From positions 1 to 22,615 of the forward strand of contig CBFGJV010000027.1 in assembly GCA_965649205.1 (NCBI GenBank): a stretch of DNA of 22,615 nt, given 5' to 3'. The stretch comes from a candidate division WOR-3 bacterium (GTDB taxonomy: Bacteria > Hydrothermota > Tepidihabitantia > Tepidihabitantales > Tepidihabitantaceae). Under the pieces are notes generated by a model. The model saw only the letters and a list, made by a program, of their open reading frames with translations. It was not told the origin of the DNA and did not search any database. Numbering within the stretch: position 1 is the first letter of the stretch; each line of letters begins with the position of its first letter. The position numbers and the translations under genes are program-made. Positions 1 to 9,803 of this stretch are shown piece after piece.

Positions 1-412
1 GTTATATGGCCAGATAAAGCAGATTATCCAGAAACATATGCCGCAGACCGCCTTCTTCCTCCAGTTATTCTCTAATTGTCTGTATTGCCGACAGTTGCCC
101 TCACCCTCCCCGCTTCCAACCCTGCCCCTCCTGCAGAGGGGGGAACGACTCCCCCACTCAAATGGCAGGCAGGAACGTCTGCAACCTACAGGGTGCCATA
201 CCGAAAGAAGCCTAAACAGAAAAAGACCCCAGGTACGCACGCAGATTACGGCCTGCAGTGGGAGTAAACTGTCTGCACAAGTTAGCTGGTAATCGCAGGC
301 GCAGAGGGCGACCGGATGAACAGTCAGACCAGTTTCTCTGTCCGACCTCAGGCTGGGAATCTCCATCCGCAGTCGTACCGCAAGCAGAAATAGCAGTAAC
401 CGCCCAGACCGC

Positions 413-440
413 TTGACTTTCGCCTCCCCTGCACCATACT
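413..440 (+). promoter_or_regulatory. Putative sigma70 promoter of pepC
   Basis: TTGACT (413-418), 16-bp spacer, CATACT (435-440); RBS-like AAGGAG just upstream of the ATG at 517. Confidence 0.5.
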
Positions 441-516
441 GCGGCAATAGTAGAAAATTCGGCAGCTAGAGTATCGCTGTCTGCCGATTTACCACCAAAA
501 CCAAGGAGTAGAAATT

Positions 517-1860
517 ATGGATAAGAATATCAGCAAACAGGATATACACAGGTTCTCTGCCCGTTTTGAGTCCGACCCCAAGAACCGGCTGGCGCTGAAC
601 GCAGTGACCAAAAACGGCATAACTGCGGTCGCCCTGAATCGCGAAGTTGTCAATCGCACCAACCACACCTTTTCTCATATGATAGAAACTCCGCAGGCAA
701 CTAATCAGGAATCCAGTGGCCGCTGCTGGCTTTTTGCTGCCCTGAATACCCTGCGCCTTTCGGCTATAAAGAAGATGAATCTGGAAATAAAAGATTTTGA
801 GTTCTCCCAGGCCTATCAGATGTTCTGGGATAAGCTGGAGAAGGCAAATTTCTTTCTTGAGAATATCATCGAAACTCTGGACGAGCCGCTCGATGGCAGG
901 TTGATGATGTGGCTGCTTTCCTCTCCCATCGGCGACGGCGGACAGTGGGATATGTTTGTAAATCTGGTGGAAAAATACGGCGTGGTGCCCAAAACGGTAA
1001 TGCCGGAAACGGCCGCCAGCTCTAAGTCCGGCCCCATGAATCACATTCTTACCGCCAAGCTGCGTGAGTACGCCGCCGTCTTGCGTTCTCTGTACGCCAC
1101 CGGTGCTTCCCGCCTTCAGTTACGCAAGAAAAAAGGCGAATTTATGGAAGAGTTTTACCGCATACTCGCTATCCATCTAGGTAAGCCCCCAGACAGTTTT
1201 ATCTGGACCTGGCGCGACAAAAACGGCAAGTTTCACCGGGCCGGCCGTATCACGCCCCAGGAGTTCTTCAAGCGCTATGTGGATTTCGACCTGGACGATA
1301 TGGTCTGTTTGATAAACGCTCCCACTAAGGACAAGCCCTTCAAGAAGATGTACACGGTGCAGTATCTGGGCAATGTGGTAGGCGGTCATATGGTGCGGTA
1401 TCTGAACGTGGACATCAAGACCTTGAAACAGGCGGCCGTAGATATGATAAAGGCGGGAAGGCCGGTGTGGTTTGGCTGTGACGTGGGCCAAATGCTGGAA
1501 CGGGATTTGGGCATCAACGACTTGGAAATATACGACTACGAACTGGTTTTTGGCACCCGGTTCTGGCTGAACAAGGCAGACCGGCTGGATTACGGTCACA
1601 GCCGGATGACGCACGCCATGGTGTTGACGGGCGTGGACCTGGATGAGAAAAACCGCCCTCGTAAGTGGCGGGTAGAAAACAGCTGGGGAGACAAACTGGG
1701 CGACAAGGGCTATATGGTAATGAGTGACAGCTGGTTCGACGAATATCTTTACGAGGTTATGGTAAGCAAGAAATACCTCTCGCCGGACCTTTTGGAAGTG
1801 CTGGACACACCGCCGGTAGTGCTGCCGCCTTGGGACCCCATGGGTGCGCTCGCCCGTTGA
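517..1860 (+). CDS. pepC: Aminopeptidase C / bleomycin hydrolase (peptidase family C1B)
   Basis: 447 aa; catalytic motifs QESSGRCW, THAMVLTG and VENSWG; family-typical C-terminus PWDPMGALA. Confidence 0.95.
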   Translation: MDKNISKQDIHRFSARFESDPKNRLALNAVTKNGITAVALNREVVNRTNHTFSHMIETPQATNQESSGRCWLFAALNTLRLSAIKKMNLEIKDFEFSQAYQMFWDKLEKANFFLENIIETLDEPLDGRLMMWLLSSPIGDGGQWDMFVNLVEKYGVVPKTVMPETAASSKSGPMNHILTAKLREYAAVLRSLYATGASRLQLRKKKGEFMEEFYRILAIHLGKPPDSFIWTWRDKNGKFHRAGRITPQEFFKRYVDFDLDDMVCLINAPTKDKPFKKMYTVQYLGNVVGGHMVRYLNVDIKTLKQAAVDMIKAGRPVWFGCDVGQMLERDLGINDLEIYDYELVFGTRFWLNKADRLDYGHSRMTHAMVLTGVDLDEKNRPRKWRVENSWGDKLGDKGYMVMSDSWFDEYLYEVMVSKKYLSPDLLEVLDTPPVVLPPWDPMGALAR

Positions 1861-1892
1861 GAAAAGGCGGGACGCCAGCCAAAAGGGGGTTG

Positions 1893-1920
1893 TTGACTAC
1901 GCCTGCGCGCAGGATAAGAT
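1893..1920 (+). promoter_or_regulatory. Putative sigma70 promoter of the holA-leuS operon
   Basis: TTGACT (1893-1898), 16-bp spacer, TAAGAT (1915-1920), 22 nt before the ATG at 1943. Confidence 0.55.
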
Positions 1921-1942
1921 TCAGCCTTGGATTACCGGTCGC

Positions 1943-3109
1943 ATGAAAGCAAGAAGTAGCATCCGTTCCTCCGCTCGGCCCAGCTCAGGCCTTCTGGTGT
2001 TGCAAGAACTGAAACAGGGTAAGTTCCGTCCCGTGTATGTCATTTTGGGCGAAGACACGGTCACGACAGAAACCATCCTTTCGCAGCTGAAGCAGAAGTT
2101 GGTGGAGCCGGGTCTGGAAGCGTTTGATTTTGAGTCGCTGGACGCTGATATTATGCCGCTGCAGGACCTTCACCAGAAACTCCGTCAACTGCCGGTGGGA
2201 AAAAGACGACTGGTGTTTATCCGCAGCATAACCGGCAAAGGCCGGGAAGGTCCGGTGTTTGGCCGCCAGTTGAACAAATCCGAAGCCGAAAACATCTGCC
2301 GCATAATCGCCCAGGTGCAGGTTCATAAACCACCTTCTCCCAATCCCTTAGTGGTGGTAGCGATGACAGGTGTATGGTCGCGGGACCTGGAAACTATTCT
2401 GGCAAACAGCGGCTTAGCTGGTTTCATAGTAGACGTGTCCAGTCCGACCGGGTTAATCCTGCAGGAGCTGATTCATTCCTGGGCAAGAGAACGAAACATC
2501 ACCCTCACTCCCCGGGCGGTTGAACTGCTGCTGGAAATATCGGGCGAGGATACCGCCACTCTGCGCAGTGAAGTAGACAAGCTGGCCACCTGCGTGCAGC
2601 CGGGAACGGAGATAGATACGGACACGATCCAAAAGCTGGCTGCCTCTTCCCGCGAATTTGAACTCAAGGATTATGTCACTGCGGTTCTGGCGCGCGATTC
2701 CGCCCAGGCGTTGCGGATACTCCGGCATCTGGAAGACAAAGGTGAACAGCTTCCCCGCATTGTCGGTTGGCTTACCACTGCCTTTCTGGACTTGGTAGCG
2801 GCCCAGACCGAAACCATTTCTGCCTATGCGCGCCGGCGCCTGGCGGGCGCAGAGCGCAACTGGCGCGACTTGGCTGAACTGAACCGTTTTCTGCGCCAGC
2901 TGTATTTGATACATAAGTCACAGTTCGAAGGCAAGCCAGAGCCATTTGCCCGCCTGGAACTCTGGACCTGGTGTGTAGGATGCACTACCCGGCGCGAGCG
3001 TTGCCACTTGGCTCAGGACGAGCACCGCTGGAGTTTTTGCATCCGTCACAAATCACCAAAAACCAAAAGAGAAACAAATGAGTACGAATCCAGAACATCC
3101 TGCAGTTGA
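1943..3109 (+). CDS. holA: DNA polymerase III delta subunit (HolA-like)
   Basis: N-terminal RPVYVILGED, QLPVGKRRLVFI and ATLRSEVDKL segments fit the delta subunit; adjacent to leuS. Start moved from 1844 to the ATG at 1943, downstream of the promoter. Confidence 0.8.
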   Translation: MKARSSIRSSARPSSGLLVLQELKQGKFRPVYVILGEDTVTTETILSQLKQKLVEPGLEAFDFESLDADIMPLQDLHQKLRQLPVGKRRLVFIRSITGKGREGPVFGRQLNKSEAENICRIIAQVQVHKPPSPNPLVVVAMTGVWSRDLETILANSGLAGFIVDVSSPTGLILQELIHSWARERNITLTPRAVELLLEISGEDTATLRSEVDKLATCVQPGTEIDTDTIQKLAASSREFELKDYVTAVLARDSAQALRILRHLEDKGEQLPRIVGWLTTAFLDLVAAQTETISAYARRRLAGAERNWRDLAELNRFLRQLYLIHKSQFEGKPEPFARLELWTWCVGCTTRRERCHLAQDEHRWSFCIRHKSPKTKRETNEYESRTSCS

Positions 3110-5621
3110 TAGAACCCCGACCGGCTATCCGGCCCGGGAAATAGAAGAACGGTGGCAGACCTACTGGAACAAACAGGGCGTTTTCCGCACCAATCCGAAT
3201 CCCCAGAAGAAGTTTTATGTGCTGGTTATGTTCTTCTACCCTTCGGGCGATGTACACATGGGTCACTGCCGTAATTATGTCATCGGTGACGTGCTGTGTC
3301 GTTTCCGCAAGATGCAGGGCTACGACGTGCTGCATCCTTTCGGCTGGGACGCATTCGGTCTGCCGGCCGAAAACGCCGCCATCGCTCACGGCAATCATCC
3401 TCGTTACTGGACTTTTACCTCCATCGAAACTGCCCGGCGCAGCCTGAAGCTCTTGGGCATCGGCTACGACTGGGACAGAGAGGTCACCACCTGTCTGCCT
3501 GAGTATTACCGCTGGAATCAATGGTTGTTCCTCAAATTCTATGAGCGCGGTCTGGCCTATCGCAAGGAAGCGCTGGTCAACTGGTGTCCGGGCTGTGCCA
3601 CCGTACTGGCCAACGAGCAGGTAAACGAAGGACTCTGTTACCGCTGCAAGTCCGAGGTAGGTAAGCGGAAGTTGACCCAGTGGTTTTTCCGCATCACTGC
3701 CTACGCCCAGGAATTGCTGGACGGCATAGAAGAACTTGACCGCTGGCCCGAGCCAGTGCGACAGATGCAACGTAACTGGATTGGCCGCTCCGAAGGGGTG
3801 GAAGTCAATTTTCTCTTGGAACCGCTGGACCCGGAAAAAGAATCTCCTGTCTCCATTCCGGTGTTCACCACCCGGCCCGACACTCTTTACGGTGTAACTT
3901 TTCTGGCTCTGGCGCCTGATTCGGCTCTGGCCGAAACCATAGCCCGCGGAACTGCCTACGAAAAGCAGGTGGAAGAGTTCCGGCAGCGGGTGATAATGCG
4001 ACCGGAAATCGAACGGGTGGCCGCAACCGGCGACAAGGAAGGAGTGTTCACCGGTCGGTACGCCCGGCATCCGTTGACCGGCGAACGCATCCCCATATAC
4101 CTTGCCGACTTCGTGCTTGCTTCTTACGGCACAGGAATGATTATGGCCGTGCCCGCGCATGACCAGCGCGACTTTGAGTTTGCCCGTAAATACAACCTGC
4201 CCATGAAAGTAGTTATTCAGAATCCGCACACTCCTCTGGGCGACCCCGCATCCCTGACCGCGGCCTATACCGAGCCGGGCATTATGGTAAACTCCAGCCC
4301 GTTCAACGGCATACCTTCAGACGAAGGCATTCAGAAAGTAAGCGACTATCTGGAACAAAAGGGGCTGGGTCGCCGCGTGGTTAACTACCGCCTCAAAGAC
4401 TGGTTGGTCTCGCGTCAACGCTACTGGGGTACGCCTATTCCCATGATCCACTGTCCTCGCTGCGGAGTAGTACCTGTTCCTTATGACCAGTTGCCCGTTC
4501 TGCTTCCGGAGAATGTCACGGACTATAAACCCCGGGGCAAGTCAGTACTGGAAGGTGTAGAAGATTTCATCCATACCAGTTGTCCTGTCTGCGCCGGCCC
4601 GGCCCGCCGTGACCCGGACACAATGGACACCTTTGTAGATTCTTCCTGGTATCATCTCCGCTATACCGATGCTCATAACGATCAGTTGCCTTTCGACCGC
4701 AAGGAAGCCGACAAGTGGATGCCGATTGATGAGTATATCGGCGGCATAGAGCATGCCACCGGACATTTGATTTTCTTCCGCTTCTTTACCCGCGCTCTGC
4801 ATGATATGGGTATGGTCTCGGTAAAGGAACCCTGTCGCGTACTGCACACGCAGGGAATGGTCAGCCTGAACGGTGTAACCATGTCTTCTTCCAAGCGCGT
4901 GGGCGTGTGGGTAGGAGAATTTGTTGCCGAGCATGGAGCTGACACTGCCCGGCTGGCTGTGCTCTTTGCCGCACCGCCGGAAAAGCCTATGGACTGGACC
5001 CAGGACCTGGTGACGGGAGTAACCCGGTTTCTTTCGCGCATCTGGCGACTGTACAGTGAACGGGGAAATCTGGTACGCTTCGATTCCCCGGATACGACCC
5101 AACTGTCAGCGCAGGAGCGATACCTTTACATTCGTCTAAACCAGACCCACAAGAAAGTGATAGACGACTGCGAAGCGTTCCAGTTCAACACCGCTATCGC
5201 GGCACTGATGGAATTTCTCAATGACCTGACTGCCTATTCTTTGCCGCCGGAATCCGGTTCTTCTCCGGTCTATGGCTTCTGTCTGGGTCGCTTCATCTAC
5301 CTGCTTGCTCCCTTTGCTCCGCATCTAGCCGAAGAACTCTGGCACCGGGCGCGGCCTTCTGCCGGGTCTCTCTTCCAGGAACGTTTCCCCGAACCGGACC
5401 CGAACTTTCTCACCTTTGATGAAATAGAAATACCGATACAGATAAACGGCAAGCTGCGCAGCCGCATTCAAGTTTCCCGCACCGCCACGGAAGAAGAAAT
5501 CAAAGCCAAAGCCTTGGCGAATGAGGAAGTCGTGCGCAACCTTGCCGACCAGCAGATAGTGAAGGTCATATATGTGCCGGGCAGGCTGATAAACCTGGTT
5601 ACTTCCCGAAAAACCGGATGA
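3078..5621 (+). CDS. leuS: Leucine--tRNA ligase
   Basis: MFFYPSGDVHMGH (HIGH motif), GWDAFGLPAENAA, editing-domain FTTRPDT and MAVPAHDQRD, WLVSRQRYWG, DTMDTFVDSSWY, C-terminal QINGKLR. Confidence 0.97.
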   Translation: MSTNPEHPAVDRTPTGYPAREIEERWQTYWNKQGVFRTNPNPQKKFYVLVMFFYPSGDVHMGHCRNYVIGDVLCRFRKMQGYDVLHPFGWDAFGLPAENAAIAHGNHPRYWTFTSIETARRSLKLLGIGYDWDREVTTCLPEYYRWNQWLFLKFYERGLAYRKEALVNWCPGCATVLANEQVNEGLCYRCKSEVGKRKLTQWFFRITAYAQELLDGIEELDRWPEPVRQMQRNWIGRSEGVEVNFLLEPLDPEKESPVSIPVFTTRPDTLYGVTFLALAPDSALAETIARGTAYEKQVEEFRQRVIMRPEIERVAATGDKEGVFTGRYARHPLTGERIPIYLADFVLASYGTGMIMAVPAHDQRDFEFARKYNLPMKVVIQNPHTPLGDPASLTAAYTEPGIMVNSSPFNGIPSDEGIQKVSDYLEQKGLGRRVVNYRLKDWLVSRQRYWGTPIPMIHCPRCGVVPVPYDQLPVLLPENVTDYKPRGKSVLEGVEDFIHTSCPVCAGPARRDPDTMDTFVDSSWYHLRYTDAHNDQLPFDRKEADKWMPIDEYIGGIEHATGHLIFFRFFTRALHDMGMVSVKEPCRVLHTQGMVSLNGVTMSSSKRVGVWVGEFVAEHGADTARLAVLFAAPPEKPMDWTQDLVTGVTRFLSRIWRLYSERGNLVRFDSPDTTQLSAQERYLYIRLNQTHKKVIDDCEAFQFNTAIAALMEFLNDLTAYSLPPESGSSPVYGFCLGRFIYLLAPFAPHLAEELWHRARPSAGSLFQERFPEPDPNFLTFDEIEIPIQINGKLRSRIQVSRTATEEEIKAKALANEEVVRNLADQQIVKVIYVPGRLINLVTSRKTG

Positions 5622-6016
5622 AAACCGTATTCTACGTCCTTGCCTTGCTGGCGGTCGGCCTTCTCGGGTATCTCTTGCACGAATTCATCCAGCAGCGCAA
5701 ATCCCAGGTGGAATTTCTGGACTACAACCTGACGCGCGAGGAAGCAGCCCTCTATCAGGCGCGAGTAGATTCCCTCAAACGTACAGCCGAAGAACTTCGC
5801 GCCAGACTGGAAAGTACCGGGCGGCTGCGGCGTCGATCGGTCCAGGTCCATCTGGAGCTACTGCTGGACGAAATAGTTGCGCTGGAAAGAACCCTGGAAA
5901 TGTGGCAGAAGTCTATCCGGCTGCGCTCACAGAAAGACTTGCTCAGACAAACAATTCTGCTATACGGAGAAGCCTCTGCTGCAGCCCGGGCTCTGGCCGC
6001 AGACACCCTGGACTGA
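5618..6016 (+). CDS. Hypothetical protein with N-terminal membrane anchor and coiled coil
   Basis: ATGA overlap with the leuS stop; hydrophobic N-terminus (VFYVLALLAVGLLGYLL) followed by Leu/Glu/Arg-rich helical sequence. Confidence 0.75.
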   Translation: MKTVFYVLALLAVGLLGYLLHEFIQQRKSQVEFLDYNLTREEAALYQARVDSLKRTAEELRARLESTGRLRRRSVQVHLELLLDEIVALERTLEMWQKSIRLRSQKDLLRQTILLYGEASAAARALAADTLD

Positions 6017-6052
6017 TGCTCTCTTTCGCTCGGTTGGGGCTCGCCTGCTATC

Positions 6053-7585
6053 ATGAACCGCATTCTCATACTTGATTTCGGGTCTCAGTATAACCAGCTG
6101 ATTGCCCGCCGCATCCGCGAACATCGGGTCTATTCGGAAATCGTTAACTTCAACATCTCTCCTGCAGAAATCAAAAGTCGCTCCGCCTGCGGTCTGGTTC
6201 TGTCCGGTGGCCCGGCAAGCGCCCTAGCTCGCAATGCCCCCCTGCCTGACCCCGGTATCTTCTCACTTGAACTGCCCATACTGGGCATCTGCTACGGAAT
6301 GCAAGTGATGGCTCGACTTCTGGGCGGCAGGCTGGCAGCCGGACGCAGACGCGAGTACGGTCCTGCCCGTTTTCATATTACCGATTCCCGCTCTCCCCTA
6401 TTTGCCGGCTTACCCCAGACCTCCCGAGTCTGGATGAGCCACGGCGACCATGTGGCTGCTGTTCCGGCAGGTTTCCACGCCATCGGTCGCACCGACGCTG
6501 TTTCCTGTGCTGCCTTTTCCCACGAAACCAGAAAAGCCTATGGCGTGCAGTTCCATCCCGAAGTGGAACACACCGAATACGGCCGACAGATTCTGGCCAA
6601 TTTTCTCTTTCGCATCTGTCGGGCAAAGCCGGACTGGACGATGCGTTCCTTCATCCGCGATAAGACCGAAGAGATACGCAAGCTGGTGGGAAAGGAAAAG
6701 GTTATCTGTGCCGTCTCGGGAGGAGTGGACTCATCCGTAATGGCCTCTCTTCTACGCCAAGTCCTCTCCACGCAGCTGGTGGCTATCTTCGTGGATAACG
6801 GTCTTCTCCGTAAGAACGAAGTGGCAGAGGTGCGCAGACTTCTGGGACGCCGTTTGCATCTGCACGTCGTAGATGCCAGTCATCGCTTTCTGCAGCGCTT
6901 GCGCGGAGTCTCCGACCCGGAAGAAAAACGCCGCCGCATCGGCCGGACCTTCATAAAGGTATTTGAAGAAGCGGCAGAACGGTATGGGCCGGTCCGATTT
7001 CTTGCTCAGGGCACCCTCTATCCCGACCTTATTGAATCCCGTTCGGCGTTCGGCGGTCCTTCCGCTACCATAAAGACTCACCACAACGTAGGTGGCCTGC
7101 CCCGGCGTATGAAATTCAAACTCGTGGAGCCACTCCGGGAACTGTTCAAGGACGAAGTGCGCGAACTGGGCCGGGCTCTGGGCCTGCCCTCCCGCCTCCT
7201 TGGCCGCCATCCTTTCCCCGGTCCGGGCCTGGCTGTCCGCATCCTCGGCCCGATCACAGAAGAAAGACTCCGGCTGGTACGTGAAGCAGACCACATTTTC
7301 ATCTCCGAGCTACATAAAGCAGGAGAATACCATCGGGTATGGCAGGCTTTTGCTGTGCTACTACCAGTGAAAGCTGTCGGCGTCCAGGGTGACGAGCGCA
7401 CATATGAGAATGTGGTAGTGTTACGGGCTGTCACTTCTACTGACGCCATGACTGCAGACTGGGCCCGCCTGCCGGAAGAACTGCTCGCCCGTGTCTCTAA
7501 CCGTATCATCAATGAGGTCAGGGGCATAAACCGGGTCTGTTACGACATCAGCTCCAAACCTCCCGCAACTATTGAGTGGGAGTAG
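6053..7585 (+). CDS. guaA: GMP synthase (glutamine-hydrolysing)
   Basis: ILDFGSQY, GICYGMQ, QFHPEV, SGGVDSSV, IKTHHNVGGLP and C-terminal KPPATIEWE. Confidence 0.98.
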   Translation: MNRILILDFGSQYNQLIARRIREHRVYSEIVNFNISPAEIKSRSACGLVLSGGPASALARNAPLPDPGIFSLELPILGICYGMQVMARLLGGRLAAGRRREYGPARFHITDSRSPLFAGLPQTSRVWMSHGDHVAAVPAGFHAIGRTDAVSCAAFSHETRKAYGVQFHPEVEHTEYGRQILANFLFRICRAKPDWTMRSFIRDKTEEIRKLVGKEKVICAVSGGVDSSVMASLLRQVLSTQLVAIFVDNGLLRKNEVAEVRRLLGRRLHLHVVDASHRFLQRLRGVSDPEEKRRRIGRTFIKVFEEAAERYGPVRFLAQGTLYPDLIESRSAFGGPSATIKTHHNVGGLPRRMKFKLVEPLRELFKDEVRELGRALGLPSRLLGRHPFPGPGLAVRILGPITEERLRLVREADHIFISELHKAGEYHRVWQAFAVLLPVKAVGVQGDERTYENVVVLRAVTSTDAMTADWARLPEELLARVSNRIINEVRGINRVCYDISSKPPATIEWE

Positions 7586-7666
7586 ACCAGAACACTCCCC
7601 ACTTTCTGCTCCCTACTCCCCGCCCACTTGACCCCCCCTCTTTCTTCCTGTATAGATGTAGCCGTA

Positions 7667-8464
7667 ATGAGAAGAATCCTCGCTTTAGTCTGGATACCAC
7701 TGCTGTTTGCCTGTCAATGCGGCCGTACTGATTTTGAAGCCCGGGTAGCGCTTGTCGTCCCGCCCCTGCCTGACGGGGAAATCTGCCATTATCGCGTGGT
7801 AGCCGGTGACGACTCCATAGGCACCTATACCTCATTTCTCTATCACGACTGGCTTGACCCGGGCCTGGAAGATGAAGAACCCCAGCCGGTTTATGCTCTG
7901 ATTCTTGTCACCCGTACTACCACCGGCAATGTGCCGGTCACTGATTCCTCCCTGTTGTACGTGTATCGGCAGAATCTGGCTCCCCGTAGCTCATTCCGCT
8001 TTATCCGCACCGGCAATGCTCTGACTACTACCGCGGTCAATTACAGCGCCTACTCGGCCGCAGTCTCAGGTTACGCCTCAGGACAGGAGGTACAGCGTCT
8101 TTTCCCGGTGGGACCGCGAACCTTTGACATTGATGGACTGGTACTACTAGGACGAGCTATCCGGCTGGAAACCAAAAAGCCGGTCCGTATCTCGGTAATC
8201 AATCCTATGGGACCTCCGTTTGGCGGAACCGTGCAAGATGCCGAATTCACCTGGTTGGGCGACGAACTCATCACGGTACCGGCCGGAGTATTCGACTGCC
8301 GCAAACTACGGCTGTCTCTGGGGGATGAGAAGCTTGACCTGTGGTACGAAAGAACCGGTACTAAACGCCTGGTGCGCTATACTACCCTGACTTCCGGCAT
8401 AAGTGTAGAACTTCTTCCTACCGCCCCTCTGTTACAGGAAAACGCCGCGGTCAGCCCCGACTGA
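7667..8464 (+). CDS. Hypothetical beta-rich lipoprotein (DUF3108-like)
   Basis: Start at ATG 7667 gives signal peptide MRRILALVWIPLLFAC (lipobox); motif ELITVPAGVFDC...LWY resembles DUF3108-type proteins. Confidence 0.7.
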   Translation: MRRILALVWIPLLFACQCGRTDFEARVALVVPPLPDGEICHYRVVAGDDSIGTYTSFLYHDWLDPGLEDEEPQPVYALILVTRTTTGNVPVTDSSLLYVYRQNLAPRSSFRFIRTGNALTTTAVNYSAYSAAVSGYASGQEVQRLFPVGPRTFDIDGLVLLGRAIRLETKKPVRISVINPMGPPFGGTVQDAEFTWLGDELITVPAGVFDCRKLRLSLGDEKLDLWYERTGTKRLVRYTTLTSGISVELLPTAPLLQENAAVSPD

Positions 8465-8476
8465 CAGCCAAAGTTT

Positions 8477-9757
8477 TCAGCGACCTGCTATTTCTCTGTC
8501 TCCTCGCCAGATATAGATTCTGCTGGCGATGCGCTGTATGTACTGGTTCAGTCTTTCCGCCAGTTTCTGCTGCTCCAGGTAGTTGCGGATAGCATCCTGC
8601 ATTTCCAGATAACTCATCATCCGCTCTGGCTGTTTGGCCAGAACCTTGACCAGATGATACCCGTGCTCAGAAAGTACAGGCTCAGACACCTCACCGGAGT
8701 CAAGCCGGGCAACGACAGAATCAAAAGGCGGTTCCAGACCGGCCAGAAGGAAATCTCCCAGCCGACCTCCAGAATCAGCTGTCACCGGGTCATGGCTGAA
8801 AACTCGCGCTAAAGAATCAAACGGCACGCCCGCTGCTGCCTTCTGTCGCGCTTCTTTAGCCTGAGCTTGGGCCCGCAACGTATCCTGCCTGGTGATGGGA
8901 ACGCGTATCAGAATACTGCGAAACCTGACCTGCTCCCCCGCTCGTGCTTCCAGCTTGACGATCAGGTAACCCTCCCGGGTAGGAAATGGCGGTGAAATCT
9001 GTCCCGGCTTCAGCTGGCGCAGCACCATTCCCAGTTCCGGCGACAAGGAAGAAAGTTCCCGCCATCCCCAGTCTCCGCCTGCCTTGGCGGTTTTCTTATC
9101 ATCCGAGAACGACCCGGCCACCACCGCAAAATCGCCTCCCCGCGCGAGAATGTCAAGCACTTCGGTAGCCCGGCGCACAGCCAGACTCTCTGCCCGCGGA
9201 TCGGGCATAATGGCAATGAGTATGTGCGCCAGCGACACCCGACCGGGAATGCGCGCTATGGAATCCCGGTGAGCCTGGTAGAACCTCTCTGTTTCCCGGG
9301 GAGAGATGTAGGTCTGGGTAAGTCCCTCTTTTTCCAGCAGCCTGCGGGCCAGCAGTTTTTTTCTTGTGTCTTCCTCATAACGTCGACGCAGCTCGCGCTC
9401 CGTAATTCCCTCTGCGGCGAGTGCCTGGCGAAAATCGTCCTCGTTGTCAAAACGCCCGCGCAGCGCCCGGATGCTTGCCTCCACCTCAGAATTGATTTCA
9501 TCCCTGCTGACCTCTATCGTGTCGCGCCGGGCTTGTTCCTGCAACAACTCATTGTCTATGAGCTGCTGCAGTACGTGTCGGCGAAGCAACGTATCAGGAG
9601 TGACGGTATCCGCTCCGGCGAGCCGCACAAAATCTACGGCAAGCTCCAGGTCACTGGCCAGAATCGGCGTAGACCCTACCACCGCTACTATAGAATCAGC
9701 CGGCCCGGCCAGAACCAGACAGAACAGAACCAGACAGCCAAACTGAATTCTTCCCAC
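8477..9757 (-). CDS. surA: SurA-like periplasmic chaperone / parvulin peptidylprolyl isomerase
   Basis: Signal peptide, SurA N-domain start (DSIVAVVGSTPILASDL), two parvulin domains (LAHILI...FSDD...GGDWGW and FSHD...GGRLG...GYHLVK). Confidence 0.85.
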   Translation of the reverse strand: MGRIQFGCLVLFCLVLAGPADSIVAVVGSTPILASDLELAVDFVRLAGADTVTPDTLLRRHVLQQLIDNELLQEQARRDTIEVSRDEINSEVEASIRALRGRFDNEDDFRQALAAEGITERELRRRYEEDTRKKLLARRLLEKEGLTQTYISPRETERFYQAHRDSIARIPGRVSLAHILIAIMPDPRAESLAVRRATEVLDILARGGDFAVVAGSFSDDKKTAKAGGDWGWRELSSLSPELGMVLRQLKPGQISPPFPTREGYLIVKLEARAGEQVRFRSILIRVPITRQDTLRAQAQAKEARQKAAAGVPFDSLARVFSHDPVTADSGGRLGDFLLAGLEPPFDSVVARLDSGEVSEPVLSEHGYHLVKVLAKQPERMMSYLEMQDAIRNYLEQQKLAERLNQYIQRIASRIYIWRGDREIAGR

Positions 9758-9803
9758 TTATTCTCTCTCGCCCTTTACTACCTTGTCCAGTCGCGGTCTA
9801 GTT

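Noticed and set aside
298..325. GCAGAGGG...GATGAA resembling a SAM-I riboswitch core
   Set aside because: The P1 AUC element, GCAACC and GGUGC elements are missing
1..412. Possible gene end or short ORFs (38-292, 76-267, a frame ending at 75, an open minus-strand frame)
   Set aside because: No recognisable protein motif and several frames are equally plausible; upstream sequence is needed
2985..4229. Long antisense ORF (414 aa) and similar shadow ORFs across the window
   Set aside because: They lie opposite well-supported genes and are expected from codon bias in GC-rich DNA
7586..7666. C/T-rich tract with ACTCCCC-like repeats and a possible TTGACC-17-TATAGA promoter
   Set aside because: Too short and irregular for a repeat array, and the -10 lacks the conserved final T
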